Assembly (NCBI RefSeq): GCF_006345805.1
Contig: NC_042997.1
Location: forward strand, 201,252,001 to 201,316,000
DNA length: 64,000 nucleotides
Source of the DNA: Octopus sinensis
Taxonomy: Eukaryota
Direction of reading: 5' to 3'
A program made the translations under genes and the position numbers. This document shows positions 49,975-61,592 of this stretch, in pieces (the stretch's first letter is position 1; the number at the start of each line of letters is the position of its first letter). The notes below the pieces were generated by a model. That model saw only the letters and a program-made list of their open reading frames with translations. It searched no databases and was not told the origin of the DNA.

Positions 49975-50819
49975 CTTATGATTGGAAGTCCTTTGAACTT
50001 AGACCCGGTCGATTAACGCTGACCAAGGGCGAAATAACAATAACTTCTGCTCCATTGAACCAAAGTCTTCGCACTTTCTTTATATATCAAAAGAATCTCA
50101 TTAGGATATAAATTCTTTGTTTATTAATAACAGTCACGGCTTCATTTGTTTATTTGTTGTTAGTCTTAAATGCGATACGTATTCCTCTCACCAGGTTAAC
50201 TATTTATAGTTTTAATTAATTAACACTGTTATGTCAACTAATTTCAGTCTCCCTGGCCAGTGTTTGGTTTACTCAAACATTGTTCAATAATGTTTACCTC
50301 TCCACACTACAAACGTAGTCTCGACGACTTAAAATCATCCTGCTCACTACATCGTTCATGTTAGCTTTTATCCCGTTATTTTTTTTTTAAAGCATTTAAT
50401 TTTTCCCTTGCAATGGAATGCAAAAATAATCCGTCTGTGAAATTCATGATTCCCTCCAAATTCTAAATTGGCCGAAATATTAGAAGAAAAACAGGGTATA
50501 AATAAGTGGGGAAAAAAACTATTGATTTATCATTTGTTCACATGGCTTGCACATTTTAAAAGCAGAACTGCATTAAATCAAAAGGAAAGCTCATCGCATA
50601 AAGAAATATGGAATAAAAGATGTCTGCTGGAAATGCATAAAACTTAATGAAACCATAAATCTAAGCTGTTATAGGCGGTCTTTGGGGAATCTGGGAAGCA
50701 TTCTTGTAGCTCCGTATCTGTATTTTATTCAGACTAAAAGTAGAATGATATCAATATGAAGTTAATGGATTTGGTGAAACATTTCATTTCTCCTATGACA
50801 TTCTGCTGGCTTAGATTTT

Positions 50820-50859
50820 TTTCTTTCTTTCTCTTTCTCTCTCTTTCTCTCTCTTTCTC

Positions 50860-50890
<31 letters not shown>

Positions 50891-50908
50891 CTTTCTCTCT
50901 TTCTCTCT
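50820..50908. repeat. (CT)n/(CTTT)n microsatellite
   Basis: Seen directly. Confidence 0.9.
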
Positions 50909-51092
50909 ATCCGTGATCTGATCTTCCATCACTGCACTAACTCAATGGCATGGCATTTAATTCCAACAGGGTAAGATACGGAGACGTTTGTGGGATACTC
51001 TCAGACAACATGGCTTCAACATGGCCTCAACATAGCTTCAGTAAGATAAATCTGGAAAATATATTGTTATATTTCGGAAGAGTCATATGCGT

Positions 51093-51150
<58 letters not shown>

Positions 51151-51241
51151 TACATACATACATACATACATACATACATGCATACATGCATACATACATA
51201 CATACATACATACATACATACATACATACATACATACATAC
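51093..51241. repeat. (CA)n(CATA)n microsatellite
   Basis: Seen directly. Confidence 0.9.
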
Positions 51242-51611
51242 ACGTTTGCATGTACGTAAGAATGTGTACATGCATGTATGTATAAAGTGGTTTCACGAGC
51301 GAAATGAAAGCAATAAATATGTTGTTTAGAGCGAATATCTGTATTATAATGTTGTAGATAAATAAAACTACATTTCTTTGGCATTAAGTTTCAAACTAAA
51401 CAGAACGTTCTTTAAATACATGTAATTCAAGTAAAGGTTGACGGTTTTATGTTATTGTCTTCCGTATCTGTAGAAGCTTGTCGTGAAATACAGTCTGTGT
51501 TTGGGCAAAGTCAAAATAATAGCAAAGAGTGATATCGGTCCCACACCAGAATACACATGCCTGAATATACATCCGCTCAAAGATTAACCACAGACTGTTT
51601 TATATTTAATA

Positions 51612-51935
51612 GGGGCACTCCGTCGGTTACAACGACGAGGGTCGTAGCTGATACGATCAACGGAACAGCCTGCTCGTGAAATTAACGTGAAGTGACTGAG
51701 CAATCCACAGGCACGTGTACCCCTAACGTAGTTCTCAGGGAGACTCAGCGTGACATAGAGCATGACAAGGCTGGCCCTTTGAAATACAGGTACCACTCAT
51801 TTTTGCCAGCTGAGTGGACTGGAGCAATGCAAAATAAAGTGTCTTGCTCAAGGATACAACGCATCGCCGGAAATCGAACTCACGATTTTACGATCGTGAG
51901 CCGAATGCCCTAACCACTAAACCACGCGCCTTCAC
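51612..51935 (-). mobile_element. SINE family B'
   Basis: Head TGAAGGCGCGTGGTTTAGTGGTTAGGG...GAGTTCGATTTCC. Confidence 0.85.
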
Positions 51936-51976
51936 AATAGGGACACATTATTTTATGAAATTAGCTTCTGCAGTAC

Positions 51977-52313
51977 AGATTGTTTGCCATCATAATACGG
52001 TAGTCCTGGTTTAGGACGAATGTTGCTGTAATTTATCCCCAGGAGACATTGTCTCCAGCTGGCTGTACGACACGATCTGTGTCCTTATATTTTAATGTCG
52101 TACCGCCAGCTGGAGACGATGTCTCCTGGGGCTAAATTACAGTAACATTCGTCCTAAACCAGGACTGCCATGTTATATAATTTAGCCCCAGGAGACATCG
52201 TGTCCAGCTGGCTATACGACACGATCTGTGTCCTTATATTTTCGTGTCGTATAGCCATCTGGGGACGATGTCTCCTGGGGTTAAATTACAGCAACATTTG
52301 TCCTAAACAATCT
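51977..52313. mobile_element. Palindromic MITE present as two adjacent hairpin units
   Basis: Hairpin 1 at 51992-52176 and hairpin 2 at 52178-52308 share the loop acacgatctgtgtccttatattt; outer ends agattgttt / aaacaatct. Confidence 0.8.
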
Positions 52314-52931
52314 TAACTCCAAAGTACTGTTGCTGAATATCTCTCGTTGTGAGATTTACAAATAGTAATTTTCTAAATTAGTTTCTGTTTAAGTAATCAT
52401 TTGAAGCATTATATTTATCTAAAAATAATTTTTTTTTAATGTTTCTCTGTAACACAAATGCTGCAATCATAGAATTGTTGCTGTATAATTTGTACTGTTT
52501 CAATATGTCCCTAAAGATGATAATCATGAATTATCTTGCCTTCAGGTCTCTATATTTAACAGGAAAATGCTGTGTAAATCCTCTTTACTTCTATTTAGAA
52601 AAACAGAGTGTAGGGAAGGATTCGTGACAGACGAATTGTAGACAGATACTTCGCTGTGGGCTAGTTAGGAAGTTGGTCAGCAGGAGAGGAATAGGACTTT
52701 CAGTAGGAGAACGAAAAACAGAAGAATGTCTGCAGCGAGCGTGGAACGAATCTGAGTGAACTATACAGAAATAACTGACAACTTAAGCCCTATTTTACCT
52801 AAAGTAATAAACCTTTGGTAAATGTATTCTCTTCACTGGTTTGTTTGTGTGTAGCTTAACAAAACTAGAATTATGCATAGAACTCTATGCAGAGGTTTGT
52901 AGTAACGCTATTATTTCCATTATTAATTGAG

Positions 52932-53351
52932 GGATCTTTTCGGTTTGAACGGCAGTTTTTTCTAGCGGCGTCATATGAAATTGCCACCCATAATTGTGAC
53001 CCTAGTATCGATCTATTGCATTTCAATCTGTTTTAGGGTCAGGGTTAGGGGTGGGGGAAGAGTATATTTTTTTCTTCACAAATGTAAATAAGCCCAATCT
53101 GTTTCTTAAACGAGGGACATATTCATACGGCATAGAATGTTTTTTTTACCTCAATAGACGTCAGTGATTGGTTGAAATTGCAGAAATTGAAGAAAAAAAC
53201 AACAACAAATATCTTACAAACTATAGAATTTTCTCAATAAAGCCAAGAGAAAAAGATGTTTTATAAACATATTCTACCAGTATACGAAGTTTAAAATTTT
53301 TTAGTTACCTAGAAATTATGTTAAAAACTGCCGTTCAAACCGAAAAGATCC
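52932..53351. mobile_element. 420-bp non-autonomous DNA transposon with 29-bp perfect TIRs and 8-bp TSD
   Basis: TIR GGATCTTTTCGGTTTGAACGGCAGTTTTT at 52932-52960 and 53323-53351; TSD TAATTGAG at 52924-52931 and 53352-53359. Confidence 0.92.
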
Positions 53352-53699
53352 TAATTGAGTCTTCTTTAACTGAGTAGAGTACTATAGGTATATCGTAGAT
53401 CTGTTGGAAGAGGTAACAACTTTTTCATATGTGAACATTGTATTTAATTCTTATAATTAGTAGGTTATTCAGATGAGAGACTTTAATTGTTAGCTGTGCA
53501 AATGTAGCTGACTTGTATTATGTTTGCATGCACGAGAAGTAAGGCGCCAATGAGCTTAGAGAAAACTGGGAATTATATGTTGTATGCAAGAGAGGCGACA
53601 GCATGGGTATGGATATATAAACGTGTGCGCGTAATGACAAACTCCGCTACAGCTTGTCCCAAACCCAGTTTAGAAAGGAGAAGATTAGCAGGTGTAGGG

Positions 53700-54560
53700 G
53701 TAGCAGCCCTGCACTATCGATTTTCTACATTGCTTCTGAAACACTAAAAAGGGAACATATGAAACTGATCCCAGAAATCCTCAGAGCCTGTGTATAAAGC
53801 AATGAAGTGAAATCCGAATTTGATGCTACGATGTAGAACAACGTTCTTACACCAAGCCAACATGGAAAAGGTCCATGGAAACTGAAGCACTGGTGAGTGG
53901 GAGGAAGCACTCCGTCGGTTACGACGACGAGGGTTCCGGTTGATCCGAATCAACGGAACAGCCTGCTCGTGAAATTAACGTGTAAGTGGCTAAGCACTCC
54001 ACAGACACGTGTACCCTTAACGTAGTTCTCGGGGATATTCAGCGTGACACAGAGAGTGACAAGGCCGGCCCTTTGAAATACAGGTACAACAGAAACAGGA
54101 AGTAAGAGTGAGAGAAAGTTATGGTGAAAGAGTACAGCAGGGATCACCACCATCCCCTGCCGGAGCCTCGTGGAGCTTTTAGGTGTTTTCGCTCAATAAA
54201 CACTCACAACGCCCGGTCTGGGAATCGAAACCGCGATCCTACGACCGCGAATCCGCTGCCCTAACCACTGGGCCATTGCGCCTCCACACTGGTGAGTGGA
54301 TAAACCTGGTGACAACCTCAATCCATTGTCAATGATTGAGACAAAAGAGATACCTATAGAACAACTTAGGGCAACAGGAAAAAGACAAACCCATCAACGG
54401 AACACAATACCATTTTTAGTAACACACAATCTGCATCACCAAAACAGTTTTAACATCATCAAAACAAATTTGCCAACCATAAAACAAAGTGAACATTTGC
54501 CATAGAACTTAGAGCCACCACTGAAAGCTACGATGTTTAGCATATGTCCTGCTTTGTTTA
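53700..54560 (+). pseudogene. Penelope-like linker remnant interrupted by a SINE
   Basis: IPIEQLR...NTIPFLVTHNLHHQNSFNIIKTNLP resembles the PLE RT-to-EN linker. Confidence 0.5.
53901..54286 (-). mobile_element. SINE family B, young, 13-bp TSD
   Basis: TSD CACTGGTGAGTGG at 53888-53900 and 54287-54299. Confidence 0.92.
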
Positions 54561-54782
54561 CATACAATAATCTCTTAGCCATCATGGTTGTTACATTCCA
54601 AATCCCCACGATAGATGACAATCCACGAAGTAGAAACAGTACAGTATATATATTTTTTCTTATAATTTGTATATATTTGTTTTATTATAAATGCAAAACA
54701 ACACCTCACCCTCGCCTCCCGAGTTTCATTTTCCATACAGTATGTGCGATTCTTTGTCTACTCATCTACTGTACGCTCTCTC

Positions 54783-55003
54783 TTTTACTCTTTTACTCTT
54801 TTACTTGTTTCAGTCATTTGACTGCGGCCGCCTTTAATCGAGCAACTCGACCCCGGGACTTATTCTTTTGTAAGCCCAGTACTTATTCTATCGGTCTCTT
54901 TTGCCGAACCGCTAAGTGACGGGGACGTAAACACACCAGCATCGGTTGTCAAGCAATGCTAGGGGAACAAACACAGGCACACAAACACACACACACACAT
55001 ACA

Positions 55004-55044
<41 letters not shown>

Positions 55045-55216
55045 TATATATATGTACGACAGGCTTCTTTCAGTTTCCGTCTACCAAATCCATTCACAAG
55101 GCATTGGTCGGCCCGGGGCTATAGCAGAAGACACTTGCCCAAGATGCGACGCAGTGGGACTGAATCCGGAACCATGTGGTTGGTTAGCAAGCTACTTACC
55201 ACACAGCCACTCCTAC
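54783..55216 (-). mobile_element. SINE family A
   Basis: High identity to 2695-3091. Confidence 0.88.
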
Positions 55217-55361
55217 GTATTTTCTTTTAATATATTTTAATTAACGTCTTATACAGTGCAGTACTGTATTCTATTTTCATTTATTGATTTATAAAAATGC
55301 TTATTTTATTGAAGAAATAATTAGAATCTAAAAAAATATATATATAATTACCTATTGGCCA

Positions 55362-55481
55362 CAGAAACCCTCGATATACTGAGGAGTCTGTGATATAAAT
55401 TTGCATATATTAGCCGGCGGAGAACTCCGCGTTATACTGAGGGCACGATAGGTGAACCGTGATATGGCGAGGGATTACTGT
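55362..55481. mobile_element. Possible small Tc1/pogo-type MITE
   Basis: Imperfect TIRs cagaaaccctcg / cgagggattactg followed by TA on the right. Confidence 0.4.
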
Positions 55482-55622
55482 AAACGTATTCCTATACAAA
55501 GAATCATAACTTTCTGTGCTGTCTCCGAATTCTGTAGAAAACCATCTGCAGAGATGAACTTAAAAAGATATCATCATCATCACCCTTATCATCATTGAAC
55601 ATCCGTTGACTATGCTGGTATG

Positions 55623-58600
55623 TGTTATATAATCATCACAACAAACATGAACAATCAACGTCGCCCATTGTCTCCCTTGATAAAAGGACTTTCAGTTTGT
55701 TTCCCGCCAAAACAATTAACATGTACAACAACGGCAGTCGAATAAAGTATCTTGTATCGTTAACACGTTGTTTCAGTCTCTCTCATTTTCTTAATCTTTC
55801 ATACTAAGTACTCACTACTTCCTTTAATACTCAATACATTATATATATATAACAACAACATGGTGTCAGAATACTAAAAGAACCCAAAATACAGAAACCA
55901 AAGGAAAAAAGAAGTTGAAATCATACTTCAAAGACGAAATGGAAAATTTACCGCATCCAAAAGACCTAGACTTTAATCAGGAAAATCTAGCCGCAGCATG
56001 GAAAAAGTGGAAAAAAGAATTCAATCTCTTTTTGATAGCAACAGAAAGTGACATGAAGCCAGACAAAGTAAAAACTTCAATGTTTTTAACTTGCATCGGT
56101 TCTAAAGGCCGAGATATCCATTCCACACTGGATTTCGATTCACCCGACGAAGAAATGAACCTTCAGACAGTAATCGAAAAATTCGATGCATATTGTGAAC
56201 CCAGGAAAAACAACTTTCCTAAGACACAAATTCTTCACATGTGGACAAGCAGAACATCAAAAATTCGATGAGTACGTAGTAGAGTTGCGCCAAAAGGCAC
56301 AACAGTGCGAATTCGGCAACCTCACAGACAGTCTCACCAAAGATATTCTGATATGTGGAATCAGAGACATGAGATTAAGAGAAAGATTATTGAGAGAACC
56401 AAATTTAGACCTACAAAAAACAATTCAAGCAGGTCAGAGTGCAGAGCAAACACGACTCCAATCAAGGATGCTAAATGCCACATCCGAAACAAGATAACGA
56501 AATCTCGAGGGTATATAGTCAACACGACAGAAAAGGCGCCAAAACTCAAATAACCCGCCATATGCAATACAGACATCAAAACGAACAAGGCGGAAGTGAC
56601 AGAAAGCCCGCGAAGTTTCAAGCGCCAAGTCAACACTACGTCACTAACTGTCACTATTGTGGTTATAATCACAAAAGAAATAAATGCCCAGCATTTCACA
56701 AGACATGTGAAAAATGCAAGAAACAAGACACTATGCAAAAATGTGCAAATCAAGAAAATTTGTACATAAAGTAGAGATACATACCGACGATGAATCAGAT
56801 GACGATACACATGCACTCGAAATGATCACTACAAATAATTCCCGCGTGCACAAAATCGAAAAGTTCAAGACTCCAAAAGACATTTGGACGGTCGAACTAA
56901 AAGTGAACAACTCGAATGTAACATTAAAAATAGATACAGGAGCAGACGTAACCGTACTGCCATTCAGAGAATATAGAAATATAATTCCAAAACCACAACT
57001 GCAAAAAACTTCAACTCGATTATCAGCTTATAATAACACAGCTATAAAAGTGCTAGGAAAATGCACAGCAGTCATTAAATACAAATAATTATCAAAGCAA
57101 ATAAAATTCATTGTTGCAAAAACAAACTCTCGCACGCAGTTATAGATGCAAAGACAGCTAAAGATCTGAACCTGATTCAGAGAATTTCAAAAATAAATTC
57201 GTCGAACACAAACGACATATTAGAAAAATATGAAGACTGTTTCGGAGAAATCGGCACTTTGTCAATAACACATCATATCACAGTGGATCCACAAATAACT
57301 CCTGTAATTCATCCACCAAGATCGGTTCCTTTTTCTATAAAAGAAAAACTCAACAAAGAATTAAAAAGAATGACAGAATTAGATATCATAAAACCTGTTA
57401 GTGAACCTACAGACTGGGTAAATTCCCTAGTCATCGTTGAAAAAGCCAACGGAAAACTCCGACTCTGTTTAGACCCCAAGAATCTAAACAAAGCCATAAA
57501 AAGGCAACATTTCAAACTCCCTACAGCGGAGGACATTTTTGCACAAATGCATAACCCTAATATTTTTCAAAACTCGATGCATCTAATGGATACTGGCAAA
57601 TTCCAGTTGACGAAGAAAGCTCCCATCTTTTAACGTTCAACACACCTTTTGGAAGGTATCGCTTCACACGACTACCCTTTGGAATTCACAGCGCCAGTGA
57701 AGTTTTCCAAAAAGAAATTTCAAAAATAATAGAGGGCATAGAAGGAGCAAGAAATTCACAGGATGACATCATAATCTGGTCCAACACTTTAGAAGAACAC
57801 ACAAATAGACTACAACAAGTTTTCGATCGAATCCGAAAGCACGGATTAAAGTTAAATAAATCAAAGTGTATCTTCTATGAATCACAAATCAAGTACCTTG
57901 GGCATATATTAACCAGCGAAGGGATAAAACAAGATCCAACCAAGGTACACAATCATTCACATGCCACTGCCAACAAGTAAAAATAATTACAAAGATTCCT
58001 AGGTATGACAAATTACCTATGTAAATTTTTATCTAATTACTCCGAAGTCACAGCACCATTGCGCCAGCTTCTACAGAGTGACACGTTATGGTCATTCGAC
58101 AAACCACAAATCGAAGCAATAAAAAAGCTAAAAGAAATGATTACCAGAAAACCAGTGCTACAATTTTATGATCCAGATCTACCAATAAAAATAACTACAG
58201 ATGCTAGTAAGCATGGGCTCGGAGCGATACTTGAGCAGAAACACAACGAAAGATGGCTACCTGTTTCGTTTGCATCTCGTGCAACAACTCAAGCGGAACA
58301 AAACTACTGTCCGATAGAGAGCGAAGCTCTCAGTATAGTTTTCGCATGCAAGAAATTTCATCATTTTATATACGGAACTCATTTCAGAATCGAAAATGAC
58401 CATAAACCGTTGAAGCAAATATTCAAAAAATCGATCACTAAATGCCCCCCAGAATCCAAAGATTTCTACTAACATTACAAAGATATGATTTTGACCTAAA
58501 CCACATACCTGGTAAAGAATCAATTGTTGCAGATACCCTATCACGTGCATACCTTGAGCAAAATACTCCAGAAGTACCAGACGAAGATATGAAATCGCAC

Positions 58601-59046
58601 ATTCATGCAGTAATAAAAAATTACCCCATAACCGACACTAAATTAAAAGAGTATAAAGAAGCCACTGCAGACGACCCGTCTCTACAGACACTCGTCACAT
58701 ATACAAGAACAGAATGGCCCCCAAAGACAAAATGCCAATAAACATCAAACCATTCGTATCTGTTCGTGATGAAATATCAATCGTCAATGGTCTCGTTCTA
58801 AAAGGTTCAAGAATAATTGTACCTAAGTCATTACGTAGAGAAGCTCTACAGGAAATACATACCGGACACATGGGTATCGAAAAATGCATAGAGAGAGCGA
58901 AGGAATGTATATACTGGCCCGGCATTAACGCTCAAATCAAAGACATGATTAACACATGCTCATACTGCATTGACTACAAAAATCAACAAGCAGCCGAACC
59001 ACTAATAAATCATGAAATACCTACTACACCATGGACCAAAGTGGGT
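55623..59046 (+). mobile_element. gag-pol: Second copy of the Mag-like LTR retrotransposon, 3'-truncated within integrase
   Basis: 5' LTR at 55623-55860 (2 substitutions versus copy 1), PBS at 55861, about 99% identity to 45441-48869; ends abruptly at aaagtgggt. Confidence 0.95.
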
Positions 59047-59159
59047 CTTTTTTTATGCACAAGATAATACCAAAGGTCTTGGTCATTGCCTCTGTGAAAC
59101 CCAACACTCGAAAGGAACTCTGCCACTTTGCCTCCATGAGGCCCAAAGCTCGAAAGGAA

Positions 59160-59187
59160 TGTATATGTATGTATACATACATACATA

Positions 59188-59235
<48 letters not shown>

Positions 59236-59284
59236 GAATATATATGAATATACAATATATATATATATATATTATGAAATATAC

Positions 59285-59332
<48 letters not shown>

Positions 59333-59404
59333 TATACATATATATATATATATATACATATATATATTAATATATATATATATCTTATGATAATATATAT
59401 ATTA

Positions 59405-59446
<42 letters not shown>

Positions 59447-59480
59447 TATACATATATATATATATTATATATACATACAT

Positions 59481-59511
<31 letters not shown>

Positions 59512-59544
59512 CATACATATATATATATATATATATACATACAT

Positions 59545-59603
<59 letters not shown>

Positions 59604-59605
59604 CA
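59160..59605. repeat. Long (TA)n-rich array
   Basis: Seen directly. Confidence 0.95.
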
Positions 59606-59639
59606 TCACACACACATACATCTGATATTTATATAAGGT

Positions 59640-59755
59640 GTAGGCATATACTTGATTCTGAGTTCAGTCTAACTGCATGGCACATTAAACAAGTGTTTTC
59701 TGGACCAACCAAGCCTTGTGAGTGGATTTGGTTGACGGAAACTGAAAGAAGCTTG
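59640..59755 (+). mobile_element. SINE family A head remnant
   Basis: gccttgtgagtggatttggttgacggaaactgaaagaagc. Confidence 0.6.
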
Positions 59756-60687
59756 TTGCTTATATATGCATATATATATTTTTTCTTTTACTTGTTTCAG
59801 AAAATATTTCTCCAGTGTTCACTATTATACCTTTGTTTTGAACTAACGGCACTCCATGTTTGTTTTCATTCGGTTTTTTTGTATGTCTCCACTGTCCTGT
59901 TTTTCTTTCCGACTTTGACCCTCCATAAATCCAAAATTTTATTTTGATACTTATGGGAGCAACTGTCTCCAAAGACTCATGCTGTAGTTCCAAGCTCGAA
60001 ATGAAGAATAGATAGACAGCCAACAACTGACGAAGGGTCCTTCTTTGTGTTACTTGTCCTGTTTTCCATTTATTTCTCTTATTGTTTGGCATATGTGAGC
60101 AATTTAAGGTGGATTGCCTCTTAACCATAGGCTGAAACAGCTGTAAGGAGCAGTGTATTTGCAGTATTTTTATTGTATTATTAATTTGCATTTTGATGTA
60201 TATTGTTTTGTTCGATTTTCATGTTCCTATTTTAATATGAAACTGTAATATCTGTAAGTTGATGATCAAAATGAATTTGTTCCTCCATTTCCTTATTTGT
60301 ATTATTGAGTCAAAACAGGGGCAGCTGAAGAAGGGGAAAGTTCCTTGTGTTGGTTGTCTTTTACTCTGTTTTTTCGTTGTTAAAAAAGTCCGTTTCCTTG
60401 TTTGGTTTTGTTTTCGTTTCTCGTTGCGTTCTACGTTTATTTCTGCTGTCCTGTACTCATATATGCATGTATATATACATATAGATGTAGGTATGTGCAT
60501 ATATGTATGTATATATGCATATGTTTTATTTATTAAATTGTTATTATATATATATATATATATATATATGAATTTCTTTTATAAGAAATATCTTATATAA
60601 ACAGATATACGTTGGGAATGTTATTGCTGAGTTTTGTTTGTGTTTTCGGAAAGGAACTAAATACTTTCGATTCACAAGACAAAAGAA

Positions 60688-60699
60688 AGAGAGAGTGAC

Positions 60700-60758
<59 letters not shown>

Positions 60759-60761
60759 GAG
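60688..60761. repeat. (GA)n microsatellite
   Basis: Seen directly. Confidence 0.9.
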
Positions 60762-61258
60762 ACTTAATGATATAACACAGATCTAACTGTATTGCTGTGT
60801 CGTTTGATTGTGTACAATGTTGAAATTCAATAAACTGCCGATGATAATATGCAGCGGATATTAGTCTCGATGTTTTAGTTTGTTGTAAAGAATTTGCGGA
60901 ATTTTGTGGTCACATGTCAGGAATGATATTAGACAAATATTTTATTAAATTAGAAGAAAGAGAAACACAGTCAAAGATATTGATTGATTATAGAAAAAAG
61001 AGATGGTGCTATCGATAAGGACGCAGTTTGTGACTGTGCGATACATGATGATTGGAAATGTGTTGTATATTAACAGAAGGAAGAGGAACTGAGAGAGAAC
61101 GAAACAAAAACACAGGTGGTGAAGTTAGATACGATTGACAAATACGAGGAAGGTTTAAAATATGTTACACTACATGTTGACTAATAATTATAGTTATACT
61201 TCACTGGACCTGTGCAGGTGGCGTGGTTGGGTGGTAAGAAGTTGGCAGAATCGTTAGG

Positions 61259-61592
61259 GGAGGAAGCACTCCGTCGGTTACGACGATGAGGGCTCCGGTT
61301 GATCCGAATCAACGGAACAGCCTGCTCGTGAAATTAACGTCTAAGTGGCTGAGCACTCCACAGACACGTGCACCCTTAACGTAGTTCTCGGGGATATTCA
61401 GCGTGACACAGAGAGTGACAAGGCCGGCCCTTTGAAATACAGGTACAACAGAAAGAGGAAGTAAAAGCGAGAGAAAGTTGTGGTGAAAGAGTACAGCAGG
61501 GATCACCACCATTCCCTGCCGGAGCCTCGTGGAGCTTTAGGTGTTTTCGCTCAATAAACACTCACAACGCCCGGTCTGGGAATCGAAACCGC
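61259..61592 (-). mobile_element. SINE family B whose tRNA head is cut by an LTR element
   Basis: Near-identical to 53901-54235; stops at gaatcgaaaccgc, where the LTR begins. Confidence 0.9.

Noticed and set aside
50295-50360. Minus-strand ATG...AG/gtaaac mini-exon (MNDVVSRMILSRRDYVCSVER)
   Set aside because: No promoter, homology or partner exon support.
54225-54286. tRNA-like sequences (also at 2695, 32269, 36385, 51870)
   Set aside because: They are SINE heads continuous with SINE bodies and TSDs; no complete cloverleaf.
60005-60345. CTGACGA (60027) and CTGAAGA (60325) cores
   Set aside because: Could not build stems I-III in any hammerhead topology.
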